Source: Perkinsus olseni (taxonomy: Eukaryota). From it: a DNA stretch of 64,000 nt. Under the pieces are notes generated by a model. That model searched no databases, was not told the DNA's origin, and saw only the letters and a list, made by a program, of their open reading frames with translations. The position numbers and the translations under genes are program-made. Positions 24,331 through 36,598 of the stretch are shown piece by piece (position 1 is the stretch's first letter; the number at the start of each line of letters is the position of its first letter). The stretch spans positions 1 to 64,000 of the forward strand of contig JABANN010000017.1 of assembly GCA_013115125.1 (NCBI GenBank), given 5' to 3'.

Positions 24331-27300
24331 ATGAGTACAGCTGGTGGAGCGTATCAAGATGGGACTGGACCTCGAGAAGGGGGGCATGCAGGCATCACCA
24401 TCGCTTTGCCAGCCCATCATCCTCTTTACCCGGGGGACTTAGCCGACATGTCGCCGTTACGACACTCCCTCTCCCGGCCTGAGAGAAGACAATCGGTACT
24501 AAGGCAAGGCGGGAAGGGTCACTTAGTGTTGGTATTCAGTCTATTAACGTGCTGGGCTTCGACCTGTATGATGCTGTTGAGGTCGAACAGAAGGGTTGGA
24601 GGGGCGCCAAGGAGTGGGTGCCCGGCACGATCGTGCAGGTGAATGCTCATAACAACACCTTCGACGTAAAGGTAATAAGGATATCTTTCCTCCCGCACGG
24701 CGAAGAATCTCGAGACAGGTCTTGAAACCGAATCAAGAGGGAGAGGTGTTGGAGAACGTGAGCCCAGTGAGGATGAGGCGCATTGCGGAGTCAAGGCACC
24801 CTCACCAGCAGAAGGGCCGCGATAGCCCTCAGTGTAATCCCACCACCACCGGCGCTCAGTCGGGCGATGGCGCGTCTTCAGTGGGTCCCGTCCCGGGAGA
24901 TTCTCCAACTCACGGTGGACAAGACTTTTTGAAACAACGTCATTTGGGAGCCGCGGACGCCTGTGAGATCATGGACGAGTTCAACTTCCAGATGCAGGCC
25001 AGTCTGTTCACTTCGAAGGTAGCCTTACAGTGAGGGCCTCACGTCGTATCATGCTAGTCGGGTAAGGTACTCAAGCAGCTTGATTCGGTCCCGGAGTCGG
25101 ACTTGATGGCGGTGTCTCCCTGTGTGAAGTCTCTGGCACATGTGAGAGGTAGTGAAGGGGGGCGTATCGTGAGTAGAGGGGGTGCTCTGGTGGTGGAAGA
25201 ATACTCGATCTGGGCTGCTCGATCGTCTCTGGTCGGTTCACGAATCCTTGAGTGGTTAACTCCTCTTTGAGGGTGTCCTGTACGTGCATGGGTGCTGTAT
25301 GTTGCAGAGAGGACGAGGAGTCGAGTGGAGAGCGGCGAGGGCCCCTTGCTGGACCGCTTCTTCTTCCAATGTGACACGGACGCGGCAGCCGGCCAGGCTT
25401 CCACTTTCCCTACTAGTGCGCAAGTGAGTTATTAAATGGCGTTGCTGAGGATCGAACCGGGGACCTGTTGTAGGTCATGAAGATGCTGGAGAGCATCACC
25501 GACTTCCACGCCAATTGTCCCTTCACGAACTCGGGTGGAGTGGCGGACGTCGCGATGGGCACCAACTGTATCGTAGCTGATCGTCACTGTGAGGAGGTAA
25601 ACTGAGCTATCGCGTCGCGCGCCAAAAAACTCGCTATAGCCTGACCGAATGGAGTCTGGTGTCTTGCTCCTCAGATTTGCAGTCCTGAGGCGATGGTACG
25701 GCTTCTGGATAAAATGTATGAGCTGCTCGAAATGGAGGCGCCGGTGAGCTCGCAGGCTGTCATAGTGACGATCCAGGTTCGAATCCGGGCTGGTGTCTTT
25801 TAGACCGCCCTTATATCGGTGACGGTACCAGCGGACGGTCGGTTGGTAGTGGTAGGAGACACTCATGGTCAGCTGGAAGATGTCTTGTGGATGCTGTTCA
25901 AGCATGGTGTACCCAACAGAAATAACGTGTAGTAAATATAGGATGTCGGAACTAGGGATCGAACCTGCGCGGGTCATAGATACCTTTTCAACGGCGACAT
26001 TGCTGATCGGGGAGGCCACGCTTTGGAGATCTTCACCTTGCTCTTCCTCTTCAAGCTACTATGTCCACAGAGTGTAGGCTTCTTGTCGTAATCCAAAGGT
26101 CCCTGGTTCGATCCCCACGCCCGGCAGGTATACATTCTCCGTGGCAATCACGAGGACGATTACTGTAACTTGAACTACGGCTTCCTTGCTGAACTCAGAC
26201 ATAAATTCGGTCAAGTTGAAGGTGGTCGGATGCATAAGGACTTCCTCAGGGTACACCACTCTCGGGCACTATCTTAGCTCGTACCACACCTTGCCCGCAT
26301 CAGGTCTTTTACAGCCTGCCCCTGTCATGCGTGATCGATTCCTGGGATGGATACTATCGCTGCCAACAAACGCATATGTTGGTCCAGCTCAAAGTTGGAT
26401 CATCCCCAGTAGCGGTGACGGACGTTCCCGGGCAGCATAGGAGAGTGGTAATGAGGGGGCGTACCGCGTAGCCTACCTGCTCTCCCCTCACTGCGCACCC
26501 GTCTCTTCCCGCAGCTGTGTCAGTGAGCACTTCATCATTCGATACCGATAATATGCTTTGGCGCTCGCCGCTGTACTCCCAATGGGAATTATCCTTATTT
26601 GGCTTCATGTTACAGCGGTCGATGGCACGGGAGGTGTACTCTACAGGTGCCCGTAGTGCTTCGTGAATGTTCGGGCGAGGACACCTCAGACAGCAGCTCG
26701 AGCGATGACGACGCGGATCTGAGCGCAGAGAATGGTTGGTATCAGGGAGGGGTGTCCGAAGAGAGGCTAGTGTTCGATAAGCGTGTTGGTGTCCGAGGCC
26801 TGAATGAAAATGGCGATACTGAGGTACAGTGGGGCGGTACTCTTCCGAGTGCATCCAAGCACTTCTGCTGCTGCTGATGCTGATGGTGGTGGTCAGATCA
26901 AGTGGTCTTCGGGAGACATCTGGACCTACGTATCGCCTCGCCTCATCGTGCTTCATGGTGGTCTGCCGATGCACCCGGGCTCGGGCTCGCCGATAAGCAC
27001 TCAAAGACCCACCGGAGCTTTTGCTTCCTTATTCTCGTAAGAGCAGTGTGTATAGCCAGTGTCGTCGAGCCTGTGAGTTTCCTCGAGAAAGGTCGTTGGT
27101 TCGATTCCCTCGCCGACCATTTTCCATTTTAGGGGCTCCTCGGCGATGGGGTCACAAGCCGGCGGCAGCAGCAGCAGCCAGGATGACGATGGGAGGAGGT
27201 GTGTCCTTCTCAAGTACTTCCATCAGCTCCCGAATCGCATGAGGATACCGAGCTCACCGCAAGGAGTGTTCGAACAGTGGATGTATCAGATCCTCTGGAG

Positions 27301-30300
27301 CGATCCAAGGTCATAATGAGAGGGGTGGTGGGCGTTACCCTTATCTATTCTTATTCGCCTCGTGAAGGGTCCGAAACTCGACAAAGCGCGATGTTTGCTG
27401 CAAATTTGTTGGTCGGAATGGACTCGGTAGTTGTTGCTGCGGTGCTCACCATTTTGAGGGCTGGTTGTGATGAGGATGAAGGGTCTCTCGTTCGCAGGGA
27501 AGTTGGTGACACGAAGGGAAGAGGTACTCCGTTCTACCCCGATGACACCGAGCTGTTCTGCGACCGGAACAACATCCACACCGTCATCCGGTAGTACCAG
27601 AGGGTCGCTGTCTGCTCCTAATCCTTGGTTGTAGGAGTCATCAGCTGCCGGCCATGCAAAGAGGATTCTCCTTCCATCACAAGCATAAGCTCATCACCAT
27701 ATTCTCGGCGAGTAACTATTGTGGAACCTCTCAGAACTATGGAGGTAGTACTGGGATCACGCGTCTCCTTCTTGAGGGGCACGTGTGTGGACAGTGGATA
27801 CTGCCGAACTGGGCTAAACGGTGTGACTGAGAAGAAAGTTCGTGACGTAAAACATGCAATAGTTGGGCCACTATGCCACTGAGCGCGAGAACGGTGGTCG
27901 AGGTATCGAAGCAATGACGAAGTGGTGGGTGCTGCCTGGGGCATCAGTTGTAGTAGCAGCTCCGGCTGCTCTCACCGCTTGGCCTAGTGGTCTCCTCTCT
28001 GCATCTTACATTCTTCCCGTTATAGCCTGTATATCGAATGGTTGTTGGCCTTGCCAGCGGTCTCACCATTGCAATTTTCTTCTCTCCATTGGTCCCCTCG
28101 TCTACACGTCTTTCTTGAACATAACCTGTGTCCTCCCCGTGGAATCGCTGGGACTATGTTCTTTAGTATCGGTATCGCTGATATACCAACAATCTTATTA
28201 CTCTCAGTGATTCTTGACCCAGAACAGTCGTAGTGCTTCAATGAGGCTTGTGAGAGAATCTCACCGTGTCCTGATCACTCGACATTTTGATCAGCTATTG
28301 TGATGGAGAAGTCTGCTTGGCATCGCCCAGCTAGCCGACCCCGTAGTTTCCCGTTTTAGGTCTTCTCATCTTCACCACGGAACTCTTCCCCGAGATACAG
28401 TATTCTCGTAACCTGTTCGAGCATTGGAGCCCTCCTCTCTCCGTCATACAAGATGTTTACTCCAAGGTCAGTCGCGGCAGCACCGTTCGAGCGCTCTCAA
28501 TTTCCATTTCTTGGTCAGCACAAGAATGCCAGTCAAGACGTACGACAGTACATCGCCAGAGAGACAGAATCGGCGCGGATGCCGACTGACATGAACAGCA
28601 GCACAAAGTGGCTGCATATCGAGGAGAAGGTCTCGGAGTACGCCATGTCACTGATTGTGCAAAACAAGAGACATCTGTGGACTAACTTGTGGACGCGGGA
28701 TGAGGATAAAACTATGAGGGTGGATCTTGCCGATTGGGAAGATGTGATAATGGCGGGGTGTGGTATCGAAGGGCCATTTTGTGATTCGATCGCATCAGGC
28801 CTGCGCCCAAGTAGTGGGGCATCAGTTCCCTTGGAGGACCCTATTCGTGCAGCTGGATATTGAAGAGGAGGATGATGGCACTGTGGACTACCTGGACTTC
28901 CTCAATAGGTTCAGAGCTAGTCTTCGGGACGAGAGTGGTAATAGGTGGGGGGCCTCTGCCGGGTCAAGGGGGCTGTCCAGCTAGACGCTTTTCCACTGAA
29001 GAAACAGCATCACCAGGATTGGCCGCCTGCTCGATTTCGTACCACTCCTCGCTGTAGGTCCCTTCGATTCCTGGCTGGCATCAGTCGTTCTTGGATTCTT
29101 TATGGATATTCTCAATGCTGATATGGCAATACAACAAGACCTGCTCACTGGGTAAGAGGAAATCTTGCTATCTTACGATTTCTCAACGCGGACTATGAAT
29201 GGTGAGTCCATCCAGGCTTCATCATCTCAGGGAACCCGGCGAGAACCTTATAAACTACGAGCAGTTCGAACGGTCACTCCGCGACAACTGTCCAGACTTG
29301 ACAATCACGCATGTACGGATTTCATCGCTCCGCTAGGGAAATAGTTCATGTTTCACTCTTTTCAGATCCAACTTGTCTGGCAAGCCCTCATTGAGTGTTC
29401 CACCCCTGAGCGCCGTCGTGCTGGCCTGGTGGACGCTCGCCAGTTCGTGTGTGCTTGCGGCGAGTTCTATCGAGCCCGATGGGTAGTAGGAAATGGGTAT
29501 TATTTTTTGCATCGCTCCGTCGTCTCAGGATCTACACGAGCCCGTCTTTTCGACTGCACAGACCTTACCGTCGGCCAATGAGGAGGAGATGCTTGAGAAG
29601 ATTATGGACTTCCTCCCGAGACTGCGGGATTCCATCGAACAGAAATATGATAATGACACTCAGGTTGGCAATGGGGGAGTGTGCATATCATCAGACCTCT
29701 TGAATTTGGCGGTGGTCCGTATCTTTCTCTTCTGTATAGATCTCGGGCGAGGTCGGTTGGACCGAGTTGGTTGCACTCCTAAGAGTCTTCGTTTCCAAAC
29801 TACTGTCTCCAGTTTTTAGATGGAATTGCATTTTTCCGTCGTCTGAGAGTTTGCGATTTCTTGGCTGTTTCAGCGATTCTTCGAAGAAAAAATAGAAGAT
29901 CCCGCAAAGAAGAAGATTCCCGGCGCGGTCTCTAATGAAGGTCAGTCTATCATCCATCAGCGCACCACCACCACCGTCATTCATTTCCACAGACTTCGTC
30001 AACGCGTTGACCGCCGAGCTTCCCTCTTTGGGTATCACCGAGCTACCATCGCGCAACTTCCTCGAGCTTACCGCTCGCATGATGGAATCTAGCAGCGCCA
30101 CCAGCAACGGCCATCCGGCCGGCCGAGGAGCTCGCCTGGTCAGCTCAACCAACAGCGGCTACGTATCTTTGTTCCGCTTCATGGCTACACTGCACGTCGA
30201 TGGTACGGAGGCTGGCCGGGTGATGGCTCAGAAGATCATGGAACATAGCTGCGCGGCAACCTACTTCCACCGGAATGCGTTCAAGTGCGCATGTGCGCGG

Positions 30301-31241
30301 CTGGATCCGCAAAACTGTGGAGAGATTTCGAAGAGGAATTTCCGGAAGGCATTCACGGCTCTTAACCAGGCCTTGGATCCTGAATGGCGACTGACAAAGT
30401 GGGGAGGGGACAGGGTGAAGCGTGGGTCGACGGGATTATCGTCAGGTTGCAAATCGACGCTGCGTTGGACCATTTCGACTGGACTGTGGATGCAGATGAA
30501 GAGTTCACTGATGGTGGGTGATGGCAGCTCATTTCGTTGTACCTGGTGGATTTGCTCAGCATCATCGTCCGATCAAGACATGAAGTCCGTGGATGAGGAG
30601 CCACCAGCTGGGCAGGCCAGGCGTCCCACGCTGGGGGCCCTATCAGCTTCCAACACCAACAGTGCTTTGGAAATGCTCAGGGGTGAGCTAAGATGCTCTC
30701 TATCGCGTTCTCTTGTAGAATTGGAGAAGGGACGGGTGTTCACCTACGCTGGTGATTCTCCCCTTCCTTAAGAAGGTGTCTTGAATTGAGATGTTCGCGA
30801 AGAGTGGTATAGAGAATATACTCAGTGAGAGAGGATACCACACTAAAATATAGACTTATACGTGATACCACACCAATGGTTAGTATGAGCATGCAAGTGA
30901 CGGAACTAAATAGGACTAAGTGGATTCAAATATAATATTATATTCTTTCTGTCAGAGCGTTCGCGGACCCGTTCCTCGGCCCGCCTGATGCTGCCACCGG
31001 GCGCGAGTACGTCCGCTCCGATGGTGTTGGACCAACCACAACCGGAGCAATTGGATCAAAAGATGTGGATAAACTACGATCAATTCTTGAGGTCATTCGA
31101 GATAGCTGATTGGAGGAAGAACAGCAGGTGGGCGAAAAGCCCACGATTACATGCATCGCTCCGCTCATTTTTTGTGACATTTTTCTCAGAGCTGGCTCCT
31201 TCGGTTGGCATCTGCTGCGAAACAGCATGTTGAGATTTTAG
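24331..31241 (+). CDS. PPEF: PPP-family Ser/Thr phosphatase with C-terminal EF-hands (PPEF/RdgC-like), many exons; termini approximate
   Basis: [61 protein letters not shown]-hand-like segments [19 protein letters not shown] and [14 protein letters not shown]. Confidence 0.88.
25424..25473 (-). pseudogene. PPEF intron containing an antisense tRNA 3'-end fragment
   Basis: Reverse complement reads aggtc-cccgg-TTCGATC-ctcag-caacgcc-a-ttt; the T-stem is partly mismatched. Confidence 0.65.
25600..25616 (-). pseudogene. tRNA 5'-end/A-box-like fragment, antisense, in PPEF intron 25597-25674
   Basis: Reverse complement reads gacgcga-TAGCTCAGTT: a 7-nt acceptor strand followed by the canonical D-arm start. 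Confidence 0.45.
25744..25803 (+). pseudogene. 60-nt PPEF intron collinear with a tRNA from the D-loop to the 3' end (Asp-like GTC loop)
   Basis: G|GTGAG-ctc-gcagg-ctGTCat-agtga-cgat-ccagg-TTCGAAT-ccggg-ctggtgt-c-tttt-ag. Confidence 0.7.
25929..25979 (-). pseudogene. PPEF intron containing an antisense Ser/Leu-like tRNA 3' fragment
   Basis: Reverse complement reads cccgc-gcagg-TTCGATC-cctag-ttccgac-a. Confidence 0.65.
26074..26127 (+). pseudogene. 54-nt PPEF intron containing a Phe-like tRNA 3' half that ends at the acceptor AG
   Basis: atccaa-aggtc-cctgg-TTCGATC-cccac-gcccggc-a-g|. Confidence 0.75.
27080..27123 (+). pseudogene. tRNA 3' fragment in PPEF intron 27037-27132
   Basis: gaa-aggtc-gttgg-TTCGATT-ccctc-gccgacc-a-tttt. 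Confidence 0.65.
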
Positions 31242-31692
31242 ACGACACTTCTGTGATAAAATTGTGTCTCACTCCCCCTCGTCATCATCATCACCGTCGT
31301 GGTTGTTGTGACGATGGTACCTTATCGGTCCATCGGCAGCAGCAGCCTCGTCTGTGGTTCCATTTCATCGAATCGCTTATGTTTCGCACACCCTCTAGTG
31401 GCCGCGTTAGTTGCCTTTAAATCCTCACATGCTTAGCATGCTTCTATACCGAAAATGGTCTATCTTCTGATTCGCTGATATGTCTATCATTGACAAATGG
31501 CGCTTTCCTCCTGTACACCTTCTTCAAGACATTAGTTTGCTCCGGAGTAACATTGATGTGCTAAGGGACACTAGGATAACCAAACGTCAGAAGAGGATGG
31601 TAACAACAACACCTTTTCAAGAGCATACTTCTCCTTATTTCTCAATGTTGTCTATATTATTATGGTACCTGTCATTACCCAACTCATCATCA

Positions 31693-34372
31693 TTAAAACC
31701 GCCGCATCCCCCACCAGGCAAGGAATTCCTTCATCCCAACCTCCCCTTGCGGGTCCTTCTCGACGGACAGCCAGAATTGCTCTAGCCTTGCCTTTGGAAG
31801 AAGGGCCGGTCGGGAGCTATCCATACCTGAGGACACCACCGTCTGCCCGCCACACTTCCGAGTTGTCGCACCCATGAGCTCCATGACCAGCGTCTGAAAC
31901 TCGTCACGATCGATTTTTCCAGATCCGTCGGCGTCGAGCCGGTTGAACTTCCTACAAAATCGCCAGCAGCGGCGCCGTTATGTTGCTGCTGCTGGCCTTA
32001 CTTTTGTATTGCCTCAGCGTCCGGTATCGGCACGCTCAGGGCTCGGGCCATTTGCCGGAGCTCTCGCTCGGGAGTTCGTAGGAGGGCTCTCTGAGTTATG
32101 CATGAGTCGACATTATGATACGCACAACAGTATCCGCTATTCTCCCAACTGCCAGACCGACCTCGGAGAAGTAGTCCTCGAGCTCCTCTGGCCTAGGTGG
32201 TCGGAAAATCTCTGATTGCATCCTTCGGGGTATGAGGGTCTGCCGCCCTGATCATGATGATGGCCGTGCTAACTAACAGCCTTTCTCGTCACACCCACCG
32301 CCAATCTGCTCTATCAGTTCCCGCCGGGCCGTGTCCTTCGCTTCGCTCTTTCGCCGTAGCTCCTCGCGCCTAGCGTCGGCCTCTGTTACACTGGACAGCT
32401 CATTACGCATCCTAGGAAAAGTAAGCGTCACGCGCCACGAAACTCACCACCACTGTGGGAGCTCTCACATCTGCATTCGCCTTCTCTGGGAGGCGAAGTC
32501 GCTGACGGCTTGCTCGATCCGTCGACCCTGAGCGACAGTCTTGGATACTCAAGCGTTTGAAATCAGCTGGCGCAACCCACAACGGCAGCGATGGCCTCGA
32601 TCTCCTCCCTCTGTAGCCGAGCCAGCGCTGCTGTGTCGTGCAGGTCCCTCGGCAGATGGGCTGCCAATGTCTCGAGCGAATGAACTCCTTGTCGGAAGGC
32701 AAATTTAACCCAACTGAGGTACAGGTCACCAAGGTCAGATACAGAGCGGAAGATACTTCTTCCGTTCGTCCAGCTTCGCAGCCGCTTTGACGTTATTCAT
32801 GAGCCTGATGAACTCCTGCTCCGGACTCTGGGCTGTCCACTGTGGATGGTGGAATGGTCGGACACCCTTCTCCTCTGCCACAGGCGGAATGATGGTGATG
32901 GCGATGCTGCTGTTGGTTGCCTACCTGATCGTTGCCTCTCCTCGATGATAGCAGCCACTCTGTTGCAGTAGTGCTTCCATTGGCCCTCCTGTGGCATCTC
33001 TTGCCATCGTACTCGAGGAGTACACCTACGCCAGCGGGCATGGCCGAAGGATCATTCCCTGGACATGTTCTACTTGCGGCCGACCAACTCGTTGATGTCG
33101 ATGTCGCCGCTGACATTATCATCGAACAACTTGAACACTTGCCGGATGGTCAAGCCGCCCGACACCTATTGGAGCGATCGCTGCTCAGCAGTGCATCGGT
33201 GGTGGTGGCACGTACCAAATGCCAAGGAATTCTCAGTCGATTAAGGCCATCCTCGAACTCATGCAAGGACAGGTCCCCATTAGCGTTCAAGTCCATACGC
33301 CTGTAGGCCTTCTCCACGGACCCGCAGGTGAGGACAAGGGCTTCCCTGCGCAGTAAAGGCTCGCGGCTTGCGAGACGCTGATCGTTATCACCTGAGAGCG
33401 GCCCTTGGAGGCATCGCCTTTAAGTGCTCAATACTGATCAGCTGTCCAGTAGTGGTGAGGACCTGGTGGAGGACAGGGAGGGGTGTCGTGTCGTTTTCTA
33501 CTACACTCACCTGCCACTCAGCCCCGTACTCTCCTCCCGCTTGAGATGCCCCCGAGAGTGATGGCCTCCGACTATGCCCGCCTGAGAACTGCACGTCGAG
33601 CCGCTGCTCGCCAGTAGGAATGTCACCTTTCCCGTGTATGGGAGGACGCAAAGCGGCGCCCTGTTCTTCGTCATGCCACGGTAGCCCTCGGGCATCCTCC
33701 GCAAGGTCTTTCGATGAGGTTGACGTCCTTGCCGAAGGACGCTTCCCCTCATCGCCTTGCCCAAGGCTCAGCCTTTCTTGCGACGCCCCTTTCTCGCTTA
33801 GTATACTCTTGGGTACGCATTCCTTCGTCCCCACAGTGGTCTGCGGAAGCGGCATTCAAGCTGCATCACGGTCGCTCTGCTCACCCGAGACCCCCTCTTT
33901 CGCCCCTCGGCAACGTGTACATCGACAACCTTCGCGCAGACCGCGGCCGCAACCAAGCAGGCTATCTGCAGCAGTGAGATGAGGCCCGTCGTAGACCCCA
34001 TCGGCCTACCTTCCTGCACTCAGCAGGGTCGATACGTCCGTCTGTGAAGTCCCTGGATACCGTAGCGCTTGGTGCGGATTGATCAGCTTCCTTGGTACGA
34101 GGGTCGAATACTTCGGGCAGGCCCTTCTTTTCTGGAACTCGATCAGGGATCTGAAAGAAGTCGAGGCGTCACCTAGGTGCTGTTCTACGTGCGCCGCAAT
34201 GATATCAGCTCCACCCAGAATTTTGGGTTGAGGCTATGACTTCACGAGCGTGAGAGAATAATGATACACCATCGTACAGCTTTTCCCCTACCATCTGTCC
34301 CGCCTGTGTTGTTTCAGGAGATGGCTCCCCTCGTGCGCTCTGTTGTAGCCTCTCTAGTCTGAGGTGTGCCAT
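31693..34372 (-). CDS. EF-hand calcium-binding protein, multi-exon; start uncertain
   Basis: GSVEKAYRRMDLNANGDLSLHEFEDGL; FNRLDADGSGKIDRDEFQTLVMELMG; VEKDPQGEVGMKEFLAWW. Confidence 0.7.
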
Positions 34373-35343
34373 ACCACTCCGTCCGCGCATCCTATTTCGT
34401 CACCTTGCCCGCGTCGTGTTGTATTCCTTCACCATTAGCCCTATACTTCGTGCTTGCCGCTTCAGCTCAGCCTCGACCCTCCGCAGATCCCTCTGCAGCT
34501 GCCAAGTACATCCGTGGAGACCACACCAAGCGTGGCAGCCTTCTACATTTTTCCGGCGTTGTGCCCCCTTTTGGCGTCGGATAGCCGGTAGATGATCTCC
34601 AATCCGGTAGATGCTCTCCAGTGAGTGCTTGGGTGTCGTTGAGAAGGAGCCCTTGGTGGTCGTGGTGGCCTGCAGTACACCATGCCAGCCTCTGTTGCCG
34701 TCGGTGTCCCTACTGTAGCAGCCATCGTCGAGACTGTCCGATGCATCGTTGCTGTGTGTATTGGCGGCAGGTGTATGCTGTCAGTCTGCTGTCTTGGGCT
34801 ACAAATGTCCGCCTCTGATGGTGATGTCTTTTCGTATCTGTCGCTGATCCACTCACAAGAAGCTCCTTGGGTGGTACGATACCCGTCTGTTGTCAGCAAT
34901 GTGGCGAGGCTTCTCGTTCGTCGCTGGCGTTTCCTCCAAGGCCCTCCTCCTCCTCTTCCAGTGTGAGTGGCAGCAAGGGATGCTACGGCTATAGCTAGTG
35001 ATGACATGACATTTCAGTTTTACAAGTAACAGCACAGTCAACTGGAAGGAGGACCAGTACCCTCACCGGTGTTGAGTTAAAAGTCGTTCTTCAGTCTATT
35101 GCCGTGGCACCAGTACTTGAGACATACTCTTGCTTCATGATGATGATCATCAACCTTGGAAATCTGGGCGCGCGCGATTTAGACTGCGCAGTTCTGCCAA
35201 GAGCACTTGTTGCGTTGCTTTCGATTGGCCTTGCTGGGCCTCCCGTGAATGAGTGAAGAGAGGGGCCATGAGGTTAGGTAAGGCACAGATCGTATTCCCT
35301 GTCAAGTAGCAAGTTTCTGATAATTCCCCCAACGGCATCATTA

Positions 35344-36492
35344 ATGGCCCAACCGGTGACCGACGAGGCTAGTAATAACGAAAGAGACCGCCGAAGGCCC
35401 ACTCGAGTAGTCCACCCGTCGGTTCAGTCCTGGCCCAGTTGGCTGCCATAAGGGAGCAGGAGTGTGCTTCCTTACCCTTGGTGTCATCACCGTCACCCAT
35501 ACAAAGCTTCACTGAGCAGCTGGAGAGCAGCAAGGGTAGGGCGTGGTCCGTTGAGGGTGGCAAGGACGTCCTCTCAGCTCCCGATACGTTCATTGTGAAA
35601 TTGAAGTCTCTGCCGAAGGAGACCCGGATAAGACGGATACGACCGGACGGCAACTGCTTCTACCGAGCGTACGCCTTTGGGATACTGCAGGTGAGTGCAC
35701 ATCATCGTTGCCCGCTGGCTTTGTGCAGTAGTGGAGCGGGAAGCCCTACCCACTCACGCGTGTCGTATCAGGCCCTCAGAGACCACGGCAGAGAGCCGCT
35801 GCCTAACAGCACTACTGTGCTGCAGGCCTGGTTCCGAACGTTAGTGTCCACTGAGGCGTTGGAGTGCTGCGAGAAGGCCGGTTACCCGAGGTGCTTCCCA
35901 CGCAGTAGTACCGCTTCGAACGGGCTTCGGCAGGTTTACAGTGGAGGACCTCATGGAAGCATTCCTCGAGGAAATTGACAAGCTCGAAGGCTCCGATGCA
36001 GCAGTGGAAATCGATAGCGAGAACGATGCGTACATAGTCAGTTTCCTTCGGTGAGAGTTCCCGAGGCGCCTTCTAGGAGGAAAGTGGTGCTTTGTCAGGT
36101 GCCTGTCCAGCTCAGTAATGAAGCTCCATTGTGACGAGTATGCGCCCTTCCTCGGTCCCGAGTACAACACCATCGACCAGTACTGTGCAACCGAGGTGGA
36201 CCCTATGTATCGGGAAGCCGATCAGCTACCTATTGTATCACTGTCAAGGTGCGACCTAAGATACCCGCCCCTCCCGTCACTGCCCTCCCCTCACAGGTTC
36301 CTCCAGTTCCCCGTGGAAATCGTGTACATTGATCAGTCGCCCGAAACCATCCCAGGTGCATCACCATGGTGACCATCCCCCCTCAGTATTCCCTCTGCTT
36401 CAGCTAGACATACCTTCCCCTCTCTCAACCCCCTCCACCTCCCAACCGTCCGGCTGCTCTACCGCCCCGGCCATTATGACCTTCTTGTGTGA
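35344..36492 (+). CDS. OTUB1: Otubain-family deubiquitinase (peptidase C65)
   Basis: MAQPVTDEA/ILAQLAAIREQE; catalytic RRIRPDGNCFYRA; YCATEVDPMYREADQLPIVSL; LLYRPGHYDLLV*. Confidence 0.92.
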
Positions 36493-36598
36493 ACCAGTGT
36501 CATTTCAATTTGGCATAATCAACTTCTCGCGTTGTCAATCTTGACCGACTCGGAAGTAACAGTCCTGCTCGCCGAAGATTCCATTCACCCCATCGCCC

